Shown here piece by piece: positions 21,701-29,906 of a stretch of 29,906 bases of DNA; position 1 is the first letter of the stretch, and each line of letters starts with the position of its first letter. Origin of the DNA: Thraustochytrium aureum (lineage: Eukaryota); the NCBI GenBank assembly GCA_012862495.1, contig BLSG01000153.1, forward strand, positions 62,001 through 91,906, given 5' to 3'. The translations under genes were made by a program, and so were the position numbers. Below the pieces are notes generated by a model. That model searched no databases. It was not told the origin of the DNA and was given only the letters and a program-made list of their open reading frames with translations.

Positions 21701-24700
21701 GTGTCGAAGAGCCCAAGCGGGCTGCGAGGCTCAGCGAGGCCTCGGACCGGATCCTGCGGCGCGAGATCGTTCACACGCTGGCAATCAAGCGCTCCACCTT
21801 CAGCATGATCAACGACAACTGCACCCACCTCAAGCAGGTCGGCGTAGAGGTGAGCGCGTCCAACATCCGCCGCGTCCTCGCCGACCTTGCCTCTGAGATC
21901 TCGCGGACGGACGGCATGGGGCCGATTCAGTTCGATCTCAAGGCGCAGTCCTGGAGCGAGTTCGATCCGCTGTTCCACCGCCTCGCGAGGAACGAAAAAG
22001 ACCAGGCGCGAGAGCGCTGGCTGCAGCATCGCGTCTCGCCGCCGATCGAGAAAGCCTGCTTTCCTGGAGACACCAAGCCAAAGTCGTCCGCGACGCGAAC
22101 GGCGCCTCTTCCGGCGACGACCTGGCACAGCAATATCCACCCTGCCTTCCAGGGGGTGCGCTCCAAGCTGCTCTCAAACGCGTCGACGTTCCTTCTCGTG
22201 CGCCAGGTTCTCGTAAAGATTTGCTGCGAGGATCCGAGCCCCGCCCGGCCCCGATCTGCGAGCGAAGCCGCCGCTGCTGCCCAGGGCAAGCTGGACAGCG
22301 ACTCGGCTGCCGGCGCGCAAGGCGAAGCGAGGACCCCGGACGCAGCGCCGGCGCCGGCCCCGCAGCAGACCTCGTCCTTCAGCGTGCACTTTCTCTCNNN
22401 NNNNNNNNNNNNNNNNNNNNNNNNNNNNNNNNNNNNNNNNNNNNNNNNNNNNNNNNNNNNNNNNNNNNNNNNNNNNNNNNNNNNNNNNNNNNNNNNNNNN
22501 NNNNNNNNNNNNNNNNNNNNNNNNNNNNNNNNNNNNNNNNNNNNNNNNNNNNNNNNNNNNNNNNNNNNNNNNNNNNNNNNNNNNNNNNNNNNNNNNNNNN
22601 NNNNNNNNNNNNNNNNNNNNNNNNNNNNNNNNNNNNNNNNNNNNNNNNNNNNNNNNNNNNNNNNNNNNNNNNNNNNNNNNNNNNNNNNNNNNNNNNNNNN
22701 NNNNNNNNNNNNNNNNNNNNNNNNNNNNNNNNNNNNNNNNNNNNNNNNNNNNNNNNNNNNNNNNNNNNNNNNNNNNNNNNNNNNNNNNNNNNNNNNNNNN
22801 NNNNNNNNNNNNNNNNNNNNNNNNNNNNNNNNNNNNNNNNNNNNNNNNNNNNNNNNNNNNNNNNNNNNNNNNNNNNNNNNNNNNNNNNNNNNNNNNNNNN
22901 NNNNNNNNNNNNNNNNNNNNNNNNNNNNNNNNNNNNNNNNNNNNNNNNNNNNNNNNNNNNNNNNNNNNNNNNNNNNNNNNNNNNNNNNNNNNNNNNNNNN
23001 NNNNNNNNNNNNNNNNNNNNNNNNNNNNNNNNNNNNNNNNNNNNNNNNNNNNNNNNNNNNNNNNNNNNNNNNNNNNNNNNNNNNNNNNNNNNNNNNNNNN
23101 NNNNNNNNNNNNNNNNNNNNNNNNNNNNNNNNNNNNNNNNNNNNNNNNNNNNNNNNNNNNNNNNNNNNNNNNNNNNNNNNNNNNNNNNNNNNNNNNNNNN
23201 NNNNNNNNNNNNNNNNNNNNNNNNNNNNNNNNNNNNNNNNNNNNNNNNNNNNNNNNNNNNNNNNNNNNNNNGATGGCATGCCAGCGTGGAAAAAGCACGC
23301 CCTTGTCGAGCGTCAGCTGTGGCGGGGCCCCGAGTGCGTGTCGTGCCACGAGCGCCACCGCGTCGAGGATGGGCCAACCTGCTTTATTGGATTTCGCCAG
23401 AAGAACGACGCCTTGGTGCGCGAGAAGGCCGAGACGACCAAGCACGGCTTTTGCGTGTACTGGCCCGAGGCTGCAGGGCGCAACTACGTGATCCAGCTGT
23501 GCGGGCACGCCATCCACTCCAAGTGTCTCGATCGCTACAGGTCGTCCATCCAGAACCTCCCCGCCAGTGCCGCCACGGAGACGGACAAGAACGAGTTCCT
23601 CTGCCCGCTCTGCAAGACGCTCTCCAACTTTGAGATGCCCTGCATTCCCCCGAGCCTCGTCTATGTCCCGCGGCCGCTCTCGTCGGACAACGTCGGGGCG
23701 GGGGCTGACGTCCTTCAAGGGTCGCAGAGCGCATATGCGCACTACCACCAGCAGGCCGAGGACAATTCAGCCGCGCTCGGACTCGGAGGCCGCGCCGCCG
23801 TTCTGGACCAGTGCATGCTCTGGTTTGCTCGACACGCCAATCTGTCGCCGCGCACTTCGCAGAGCAAGCGCAGCGCGTGGGGGGGGCTCGAGCCGCCGAC
23901 GAGCGCCAACGAGCGCGGCGCCGCTTCTGACCGGCGAGGCAACGCCGGCTGCATGGGTTCCAGCGCGCTCGACGGTTTTCTGGCCGACGACAACGACCAC
24001 GGCGACGACAGTGTCTGCAACGAGGAGGACGATGGCGACGACGGGTGCGGCCAAGGCGGTGCGCGCGTGGCGGGCGACTTTGCCGTCGCCGCCGGCGAGC
24101 TCGTCGATTTCAGCTCCAAGCAGCTCGAGCCGCTGTCCGAGTCGCTGCGCACCATGGCCAACAAGAAGGACCACAAGGGCAACATCCCCTTTGGGCCCAA
24201 GTTCAACTTTCACTCGGAGCAAGGAAGGCTGCGCGAGATCCAGACGATGGTTCTGCTCGATCGCCGCGAGACGCCCCACCACCAGTTCTCCGAGGACCCG
24301 ATCTCTATTGTCTTCTCCGTTGCTCTGACATTTGTGGCGGAGTGCGAGGCCGCAGGCTTTGATAGGGCGCAAGCGCCGACGCTCTCCACGAACACGGTCA
24401 AGCGCATCAAGCGCATGTTTGAGGCGTGCCGGGCCTACCTGCTCGTGGATGAAGGGAGCGGACTCAACCACCTCACCTCCGAGATGTTCGAAATGTTTTC
24501 CGACAAGCGCTCCCCAGGGTACCACTGCGTGCTGCACCAGAGCCCGGAGATGCTTTTGGTCCTTTCAGTGCTGCGCGACTGCTCGCCGGAGAACGTGATG
24601 CAGTCCATCTGGTCCACGTACGTTCTCAAGCTCGTGCAGGCCTTGCTGGAGCTCTCGCCCGAGGACGTCGCGCTGGCCGCGGAGTTTACTGTCGTGCCCG

Positions 24701-25890
24701 AGGGCCAGCGCGAACTGGGCGACGCGGTGTACTCGACGGGAAGCGGAGGCGGCATGTCGCACGGGGGCCGCATGGCGGACGGTCTAGCGCATGTCGGTTT
24801 CGACTCGCTCGACCCGGGACTCGAGGACCCCTTTTCCAGGCTCGGGGGCGCGGAGGGGGGCCCCCGCGGCGCTTTCGGGGTCGGCGCGTACGGCGACGAA
24901 GAGGAGCAAGTCGGCGTCTTTCAAGGCTCGCGCGACCTCCGCGACTTTCTCCTGGACAAGCTGCAGGGCGGCGGCGCGCCGCTGTGCGCCCACGCGGAAA
25001 CGCTCACGAACGCGCTGGTAGAGTCCGTCACCGGGTTTGTGCACATCGCGCAGATCGTCTTGTTGCTGACGGACCAGACCGCGCCGCCCTGCGAGCTCAA
25101 GCTGGTCCCGCGCGAGAAGATCACCGCGTACATGGAGGCCAAGCTCCGCCTGCCGTGCCCCACCGAGCTGCTGCATCACGTGCGACTCGGCAACATCTTC
25201 TCCGACTGGATCGACCAAGTGCTCATTTGCACGCCTCGGTGGATGCCCCGCGCGACGAGCTCGCCGATGCTGGGCTCGCCTTCGAGCTCCTCGTCCTTTG
25301 AGCTTGCGGCTGCGGCCCACCCGCACATCGGGGGCTCGTCTGGGTCTGCGGCCAAGCAGGCGGGGAGGCGCACGGCGCAGCTGGGCCACCTCCGGCCGCT
25401 TCGGAACGTGCGCCCCCTCACGGTGCGCCCGCTGGTCAAGCTCCGCGACTCTTACACCGAACAGTATGTCGAGGTGCACCAGGGCAACTGCGGCGACTGC
25501 AAGGAGCCGGCGCACGACCGGGCGATCTGCCTCATTTGTGGCGAGATCTTGCTTGCCGGGAAAAAACATCCCAACGCGCAGACGCGCAACGTGGAAAAGG
25601 GCGAGTGCACGCAGCACACCGAGGAGTACCACAACGGCATCGGCATGGTGCTCCTGTTCCGGCGGTCCAGCAGCGTGTTGCTGATCAACGGCGCATGCTC
25701 CGCCTATTGGGGATCGCTCTACGTAGACCGGAACGGCGACGACCAGCAGGTGATCCCCTCGCTGCCCATGTACCTTGACAGCCACCGCTACGCGCGTGTC
25801 CTGAGGCTGTGGGCGGAGAACAACATCCCCTCGCAGGTCGCTTCGTTGCGCAATGTGGGGAATGTCGTGATTCGCCGCAATTATTACTAA
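18772..25890 (+). CDS. N-degron pathway E3 ubiquitin ligase, UBR1/UBR2/UBR3/PRT6 family (two gaps)
   Basis: UBR box (CSRSF..CKQCQKDTTCVLCQQCF..HEGH..GGCCDCGD..FCTRH), winged-helix segment LRREIVHTL, split RING (CVSC..CGHAIHSKC..FLCPLCK) and C-terminal domain (CLICG..GECTQH..GSLYVD). TAA at 25890. The true start may lie in gap 17754-18746. Confidence 0.92.
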   Translation: MTHTAQQLGQTQPNTDELRSRLAFMMSPASSPIRELRWWTSTYGEAEGLSRLTATLLSALRLHIDEHLMEPFQSERSEQFLEMLCLWLEHIICAKQLLNILRDTASWPESTVIAKQRIRSATDAEPQRVCSRSFRAGDIVWNCKQCQKDTTCVLCQQCFRDSDHEGHDVYFYHVMTDAGGCCDCGDPGAWNPRGFCTRHGGGTADPVRWLPEDISATAKVVVAQVVRCIAGLASAGRAELVLEAVPEQLADPAVISSTAFKDEVKRLYEYISRAASHQLRPKESRDEMGVPILLKSWFVKVENCIRSCSAKGRPTELALEEDVDQFVLAAITLSNLENCRRVVRDLRGNMFFRLVAKNASSIRISYFTERLASWLLTTLCVDSDAFSRIACQALTESAPADDQEREDEKRIGCTLTPLKRLIVQDLQLPDSCSKALRSLYIRLLVDGLFKQRFAIAFAKTYRECAMARIKRLPVLEMSDVDTIFGLSVQFLNRPNHVLLLVHDHGFLLSILRSLQATVKYCERPSPNDASRTELDLLSTVLTHRKTKCLVTDFQYVLNTPGMSRYLLGHDPQYLSMWFSLLDTVYGMHTQTRIVAPGLPEKDERWIPAFNLSLSLLSLFSDLTRYLMFGEPLAVDATELEFETTQGRSAHPRPQHGRRQEEPRQVVPRRPHAVRSACGSILDKXXXXXXXXXXXXXXXXXXXXXXXXXXXXXXXXXXXXXXXXXXXXXXXXXXXXXXXXXXXXXXXXXXXXXQVESLFGTHPYIAYDVSSQPVTFHCLLQRFFATLQALCVASTLVADEYEGLLHLGSLSFWLRMMRQPLNALILFAQSNASMWARNEDVASQAMNYQSLPFISGMSMDIRVLQMASLALPPDVLVSYVVHAFDLIDWIGLAKTRPTAEPPVAATEPDSVEATAAAAAAAKLRARFSADRAEVERNGRTQQQSEKLASAMLELLCVMVTELPPATPFALKRALEAEGVEEPKRAARLSEASDRILRREIVHTLAIKRSTFSMINDNCTHLKQVGVEVSASNIRRVLADLASEISRTDGMGPIQFDLKAQSWSEFDPLFHRLARNEKDQARERWLQHRVSPPIEKACFPGDTKPKSSATRTAPLPATTWHSNIHPAFQGVRSKLLSNASTFLLVRQVLVKICCEDPSPARPRSASEAAAAAQGKLDSDSAAGAQGEARTPDAAPAPAPQQTSSFSVHFLXXXXXXXXXXXXXXXXXXXXXXXXXXXXXXXXXXXXXXXXXXXXXXXXXXXXXXXXXXXXXXXXXXXXXXXXXXXXXXXXXXXXXXXXXXXXXXXXXXXXXXXXXXXXXXXXXXXXXXXXXXXXXXXXXXXXXXXXXXXXXXXXXXXXXXXXXXXXXXXXXXXXXXXXXXXXXXXXXXXXXXXXXXXXXXXXXXXXXXXXXXXXXXXXXXXXXXXXXXXXXXXXXXXXXXXXXXXXXXXXXXXXXXXXXXXXXXXXXXXXXXXXXXXXXXXXXXXXXXXXXXXXXXXXXXXXDGMPAWKKHALVERQLWRGPECVSCHERHRVEDGPTCFIGFRQKNDALVREKAETTKHGFCVYWPEAAGRNYVIQLCGHAIHSKCLDRYRSSIQNLPASAATETDKNEFLCPLCKTLSNFEMPCIPPSLVYVPRPLSSDNVGAGADVLQGSQSAYAHYHQQAEDNSAALGLGGRAAVLDQCMLWFARHANLSPRTSQSKRSAWGGLEPPTSANERGAASDRRGNAGCMGSSALDGFLADDNDHGDDSVCNEEDDGDDGCGQGGARVAGDFAVAAGELVDFSSKQLEPLSESLRTMANKKDHKGNIPFGPKFNFHSEQGRLREIQTMVLLDRRETPHHQFSEDPISIVFSVALTFVAECEAAGFDRAQAPTLSTNTVKRIKRMFEACRAYLLVDEGSGLNHLTSEMFEMFSDKRSPGYHCVLHQSPEMLLVLSVLRDCSPENVMQSIWSTYVLKLVQALLELSPEDVALAAEFTVVPEGQRELGDAVYSTGSGGGMSHGGRMADGLAHVGFDSLDPGLEDPFSRLGGAEGGPRGAFGVGAYGDEEEQVGVFQGSRDLRDFLLDKLQGGGAPLCAHAETLTNALVESVTGFVHIAQIVLLLTDQTAPPCELKLVPREKITAYMEAKLRLPCPTELLHHVRLGNIFSDWIDQVLICTPRWMPRATSSPMLGSPSSSSSFELAAAAHPHIGGSSGSAAKQAGRRTAQLGHLRPLRNVRPLTVRPLVKLRDSYTEQYVEVHQGNCGDCKEPAHDRAICLICGEILLAGKKHPNAQTRNVEKGECTQHTEEYHNGIGMVLLFRRSSSVLLINGACSAYWGSLYVDRNGDDQQVIPSLPMYLDSHRYARVLRLWAENNIPSQVASLRNVGNVVIRRNYY

Positions 25891-26102
25891 TTCGATGAGT
25901 TCGTTTGTTGTGTTACTCCGTCAATCTTTCAATCAATCAATCAGACTTTGTTTCCGCTCGGGCCCCGCGCCCCCTGTCCTTGCAAGGAAGAGGTTGCGCT
26001 TGAAGCAGGGCCCTGGCCCTCATCATGATGCGCCTTGGTCCTGGTCCCCGTTCATGGGCCGATCTCGGCTGCCATTCGTTGCCTGTGAAGTGGCTTGCGT
26101 GC

Positions 26103-27914
26103 CTACGAGACCGAAACGACCTTGACGCTCTGCAGCAGAGTAGAGACCTCCCGAGCCTGCTGCGATTCGTCGTGGGCGCTTGTGAACCCAACGTCAAAAT
26201 CGTACCACGTAGCAGCGCTTCCTGCGGGACCTCGCTCAGCGCGGTCGATGGGCTCAGCCAGCAGGCGCAACGTTCGCCTCTCATGGCGCCACAGGACTTG
26301 CGCTTCCGTGAAGTGCATCGCGGAGAGGTCGACCCCAGTTGCCTGGAGCGCACTAGCCAGGTCCGCGAGGAGAGCGTGGTTGCAGTGCGGCTTGAGGGCG
26401 ACAACCTCGCTCATCCTGCGAGACACGCACGGAGTCCGCTCAAGTCGCTTCAGTTTGAGGATGCGAGACGGCGCCTCCTCCTCCCCTGCTGCCTTGGGCG
26501 GCTTGTCGGCGGCGCGTGAAGGCAGCTTGAGCACGACGCTGCCAAACTCGTCCTCGCTCAGCGTCTCGACAACGAGCTGAACGACGCGCAACATGCTGCC
26601 CCGTTTACGCGTTCTCGCATAGTGTTTGGCAACCAGCTTGATCTGGCGCGGTGTCGCAACCAGAGCTCGTGTCTCGCCGGACGCTGCGTCGAAAAGTGAT
26701 ACCTCGATCTCCTTTCGGCTCCCAATCCACGCCACGCGGGCCAAGGCGCGCTTGCCTGGCCGCAGCAAGACGGCCGCGCGGAGCACAATGTGCTCGGGCA
26801 GCAGGCGCTGCTTTTTCCCGCAGGGTTTTGAGCGATCTGCAGACGTCCACTCGTCGTGCTCTTGCATCGCGGCCTGAATTTTGCCGGCAACGTGATCGGT
26901 CGACGGCGGCGCTGGCGAGCTGCCGTTCTCGGCAAGCGCTGTGGAACGTGGCGTGGGGACTGGGCTCGATTGCTGGACGACGCCCAGCTGTGCGTGCACG
27001 CCATCGTCGATGCACGCGAGTTCAATATCGGCGGCCTCGAGGAGAGCGGAGCGCTCTTGCCGCTCTGCCGCCCGGCCGCGGCCAGTTGAGCGGGCGCGCG
27101 GGCTCGTGCTGCGGCCAATCCGTTTCGTGCGCAGAGAGGCCCGGCCTCGTGGCCGGCCTTTGCAGGGCCTCCTGGGGCTTGTATGGACGTGAGGGCCGCG
27201 GCACCTCTCCGGGGAGCGGCCGCGAGCCGAGTTCGCCCTAGCACTAGGGGATTTGGATCTTTCGCCAGAAGGGCTCGACCGGCTGCTCTGGACGTGAATG
27301 CCGTGACCAGCGCTTTCCGCTATTGCGGCTTGGAGCACGCCCTGACGGGGGAGCTTCATCGCGACGGGCGACCTGCTCCGCGCAGAAAGCGCCGAGCTTG
27401 GTCCAGAGGCTGGACCGGGCGAGGTCGAGGTTCGTCTCTTCTTGCGTTCGAAATAGCTCAGATTGCGGACGTAGCCTTCGTTCGTTTTGTATTCCTTCGC
27501 CCAGGCCGCAGCGCTGTAAACGGGCTGGGCTTTGACGAGCCGCCTCTGGAGCAGGGCGTTTTCTTGCTTAATTGCGTCTGTGTTCATCTCGCGGATCTTG
27601 GCGCGCATTGAGCACGGCCCTGCTTTGGCCTGCGACTTTGCGACGGTGCTCTCGCTGCGAAGAATGTGCGACATGCGCTCCATGAGGCGCATGTTCTCGC
27701 GCTGTATCTCGCGCTGCCGGAAGGCCTGCTCCTGCATGTGCTTGGCGTGTCGCGTCTTCAGGTGCGACATCGACAAGGTTTTCGGCTCGCTGTTGTCGAG
27801 CGTCCTCCACTTTTTATACTCGCCTCGCCCTAGCTGGATCATAGTCAGGTTGTGCCTGTGCTGCGCCGCGCGCCGGGCGGCCTCTCGCGCCTCTGCAGGC
27901 GTCAGCCTATCCAT
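26103..27914 (-). CDS. CFAP97/Hemingway (KIAA1430)-domain ciliary protein with long C-terminal extension
   Basis: From ATG 27914: LDNSEP..RQREIQRENMRLMERMSHI..IKQENALLQRRLVKAQPVYS..W, the paired ExxRENxxL motifs of this family, then an S/R/P-rich linker and an unassigned C-terminal region. Confidence 0.72.
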   Translation of the reverse strand: MDRLTPAEAREAARRAAQHRHNLTMIQLGRGEYKKWRTLDNSEPKTLSMSHLKTRHAKHMQEQAFRQREIQRENMRLMERMSHILRSESTVAKSQAKAGPCSMRAKIREMNTDAIKQENALLQRRLVKAQPVYSAAAWAKEYKTNEGYVRNLSYFERKKRRTSTSPGPASGPSSALSARSRSPVAMKLPRQGVLQAAIAESAGHGIHVQSSRSSPSGERSKSPSARANSARGRSPERCRGPHVHTSPRRPCKGRPRGRASLRTKRIGRSTSPRARSTGRGRAAERQERSALLEAADIELACIDDGVHAQLGVVQQSSPVPTPRSTALAENGSSPAPPSTDHVAGKIQAAMQEHDEWTSADRSKPCGKKQRLLPEHIVLRAAVLLRPGKRALARVAWIGSRKEIEVSLFDAASGETRALVATPRQIKLVAKHYARTRKRGSMLRVVQLVVETLSEDEFGSVVLKLPSRAADKPPKAAGEEEAPSRILKLKRLERTPCVSRRMSEVVALKPHCNHALLADLASALQATGVDLSAMHFTEAQVLWRHERRTLRLLAEPIDRAERGPAGSAATWYDFDVGFTSAHDESQQAREVSTLLQSVKVVSVS

Positions 27915-28801
27915 GGTTTGCCTTTTGCAAAGACGCGCAAGCTGCGGTGAGCGCCTGGACTCGCCGCGATAGGGCCGCTGCCCGCGCAGGTCGAGGCCGG
28001 CCCGCCTTGCTGGACGCGCCGACCTGCAGGCGCTCTGGGGTTGCGGCGACCAAGGCAGCCGGCGGATCTGCTCCAGAGCGTGCGTCCTGGCTGCTTTGCA
28101 CCTTCGGGGAACGTCGTAGACTCGTATCGGATCAATGCCCGACGCAGCTCGACGCCACAAAGTTGTTGTCGAGCCTCTTCCACTTGGCGGCAGCTCTATC
28201 GCTGCGCACTCTGCGGGTCGCCGGCGAGGCTGAGAGGGCAAGTTGCTTTGCCTCTGTTGCCGCCAAGGAGGGCGGAAAAGAAGTACACTGCCGCGAAACG
28301 GACGTGTGGCTCGCTCGCTGGCTGGTCGCGTGTCAGCTTCACTCACGGCCTTTCTGACTTGCTTGCTTTCTTTCTTTGGTGCAGATTTCTCACCGGAAGC
28401 GCTCGAGCCCGCACCACAACGCTCTGTGATCAGAAAGCGATGGCTCGCGCAATTCGGTACCACTCAGGTTTCCCGCACCGCCTGCATGCCAGCCTACCTT
28501 CCGCATGAAATCGCCGCGCTGCGCCAAAGCGCGCTCACGAGGACAACCGACCGACTCGGAGCGACGGCGTCATCTCACGGGCTGTAACGCACCTATCGAT
28601 CGGAGTATTCGCAGACACGAGCGAGCAGCCTCTGCGGCCGGCGAAGGCCACGATGTGGCCAGAGAGTACAGCGCCCGCAACGGAAGTACCGGATCTGTTG
28701 CGTTCTTTGATCCCGGAACGGGGCGACGCAGGCATGATGATGGCAAGAGGCAATCCAAGCTGGTTTCTACCAACCACTCGAGGAGCTCTCCAGAGCTAGC
28801 T

Positions 28802-28829
28802 GCCTGAACCTGGCGGCCTGAACCTGGCG
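28802..28829. repeat. Direct repeat, 2 x 14 bp GCCTGAACCTGGCG
   Basis: Two adjacent perfect copies read directly. Confidence 0.85.
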
Positions 28830-28972
28830 GCTCTTCAGCGCGCGGCTTCCGGGCAAGAGAGAATCTGGCACGTTTCAACGACGAGGACTCGGAGCTGGCG
28901 TTGACCAATTCCACGAGATTACCTTACAAAAGCTCGAGACTCGCACATGAACAAATAGGCCTAATCTTGCAG

Positions 28973-29012
28973 CAGCACAAGCCCAGCACAAGCCCAAAGC
29001 CAGCACAAGCCC
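28973..29012. repeat. Three copies of CAGCACAAGCC(C)
   Basis: Copies at 28973, 28984 and 29001, upstream of the last gap. Confidence 0.8.
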
Positions 29013-29405
29013 GAGCTCAGCAGCTACCGAACGCAGCAGAGCAACGAGCACGAGCCCGGCCGCGGCAAGGATCGAGCAGGGAAANNNNNNNNNNNNNNNN
29101 NNNNNNNNNNNNNNNNNNNNNNNNNNNNNNNNNNNNNNNNNNNNNNNNNNNNNNNNNNNNNNNNNNNNNNNNNNNNNNNNNNNNNNNNNNNNNNNNNNNN
29201 NNNNNNNNNNNNNNNNNNNNNNNNNNNNNNNNNNNNNNNNNNNNNNNNNNNNNNNNNNNNNNNNNNNNNNNNNNNNNNNNNNNNNNNNNNNNNNNNNNNN
29301 NNNNNNNNNNNNNNNNNNNNNNNNNNNNNNNNNNNNNNNNNNNNNNNNNNNNNNNNNNNNNNNNNNNNNNNNNNNNNNNNNNNNNNNNNNNNNNNNNNNN
29401 NNNNT

Positions 29406-29906
29406 GAGGCCATGGCCGACGCGATCGACGGCGCCGACGTCGTCGTCGTTCTGCTCACGGACGAGTACGGTCGAAAAGTCATTGATAGCGCGCCAGGCGA
29501 CAACTGCAAGCTTGAGTTTACGTATGCGGCGATCAACAAGCCTGGGCTGATTGTCCCGCTCATAGCGTCTGAGGCCCTTTCGGTCAAGGGCAGTTTGAAG
29601 GGCATCCTTGGTCTCCACCTCGCAGGTGAACTCTTCCAGAAACTGAGCGAGAACTTTGAGGAGACCATGGCGGGCCTGGCTGCCATCATCGAGGCCAAGA
29701 CCCGTCCGAACGATGAAGTCCCTTTGGAAACGCTCACGGCGGCCGCCCAGGCCAAAATGAGCGAGATATTCGCCCTGGACGCAACCTTTGACCCGTTGCT
29801 GATGGCGCTGCGCAAGGCGAACGACTACGAAGAGGGCACTCGCGAGGCGGTGCTCGAAAAGGTGCGCCGCTGGTACATGGACGACCTTGTCAGAGAGGAG
29901 AAACAC
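29406..29906 (+). CDS. Partial TIR-domain (TIR_2-like) protein, probably TIR + NACHT/STAND NTPase (NLR-like); 5' end in gap, 3' end beyond window
   Basis: Manual translation gives 167 open codons: EAMADAIDGADVVVVLLTDEYGRKVIDSAPGDNCKLEFTYAAINKPGLIVPLI..LKGILGLHLAGELFQKL..YEEGTREAVLEKVRRWYMDD. It is not in the ORF track, probably because no stop is reached inside the window. Confidence 0.8.

Larger units (their letters stand above)
2915..29404. other. Assembly gaps (N runs) at 2915-3113, 4864-5075, 6678-6930, 17754-18746, 20821-21027, 22398-23271, 29085-29404
   Basis: Read directly from the sequence. Confidence 0.99.

Noticed and set aside
16585..25890. 3101-aa giant ORF
   Set aside because: Artefact of reading through N-runs. 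The first ~390 residues are the antisense shadow of the Pirh2-like gene; the real UBR coding sequence begins at or within the gap.
27915..28463. 183-aa N-terminal extension of the CFAP97-like ORF
   Set aside because: R/P/A-rich and motif-free; ATG 27914 directly precedes the conserved domain. Probably UTR or intergenic.
28875..29906. Minus-strand ORFs across the last gap
   Set aside because: Shadows of the plus-strand TIR frame, extended by Ns.

Overview
GC-rich eukaryotic genomic DNA from a gappy draft assembly (7 N-runs), gene-dense and apparently intron-poor. The organism is a ciliated/flagellated protist; gene style fits a stramenopile such as a labyrinthulomycete, but that is inference. 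Nine genes are supported: an adenine-nucleotide-type mitochondrial carrier with an unusual C-terminal EF-hand-like tail, a membrane RING-H2 protein, a kelch-repeat protein, an outer-dynein-arm docking subunit (CCDC151/ODAD3-like), an unconventional myosin (motor, charged helix, PH, SHOCT-like, Zn ribbon, PX), a Pirh2/RCHY1-like E3, a UBR1/PRT6-like N-recognin, a CFAP97/Hemingway-domain protein, and a partial TIR-domain protein at the right edge. The TIR gene is absent from the ORF track. It retains the putative catalytic Glu and runs into a motif that typically precedes a NACHT/STAND NTPase, making it a candidate NLR-like immune receptor and the most notable feature. Four genes are broken by single-base frameshifts that are most likely sequencing errors.
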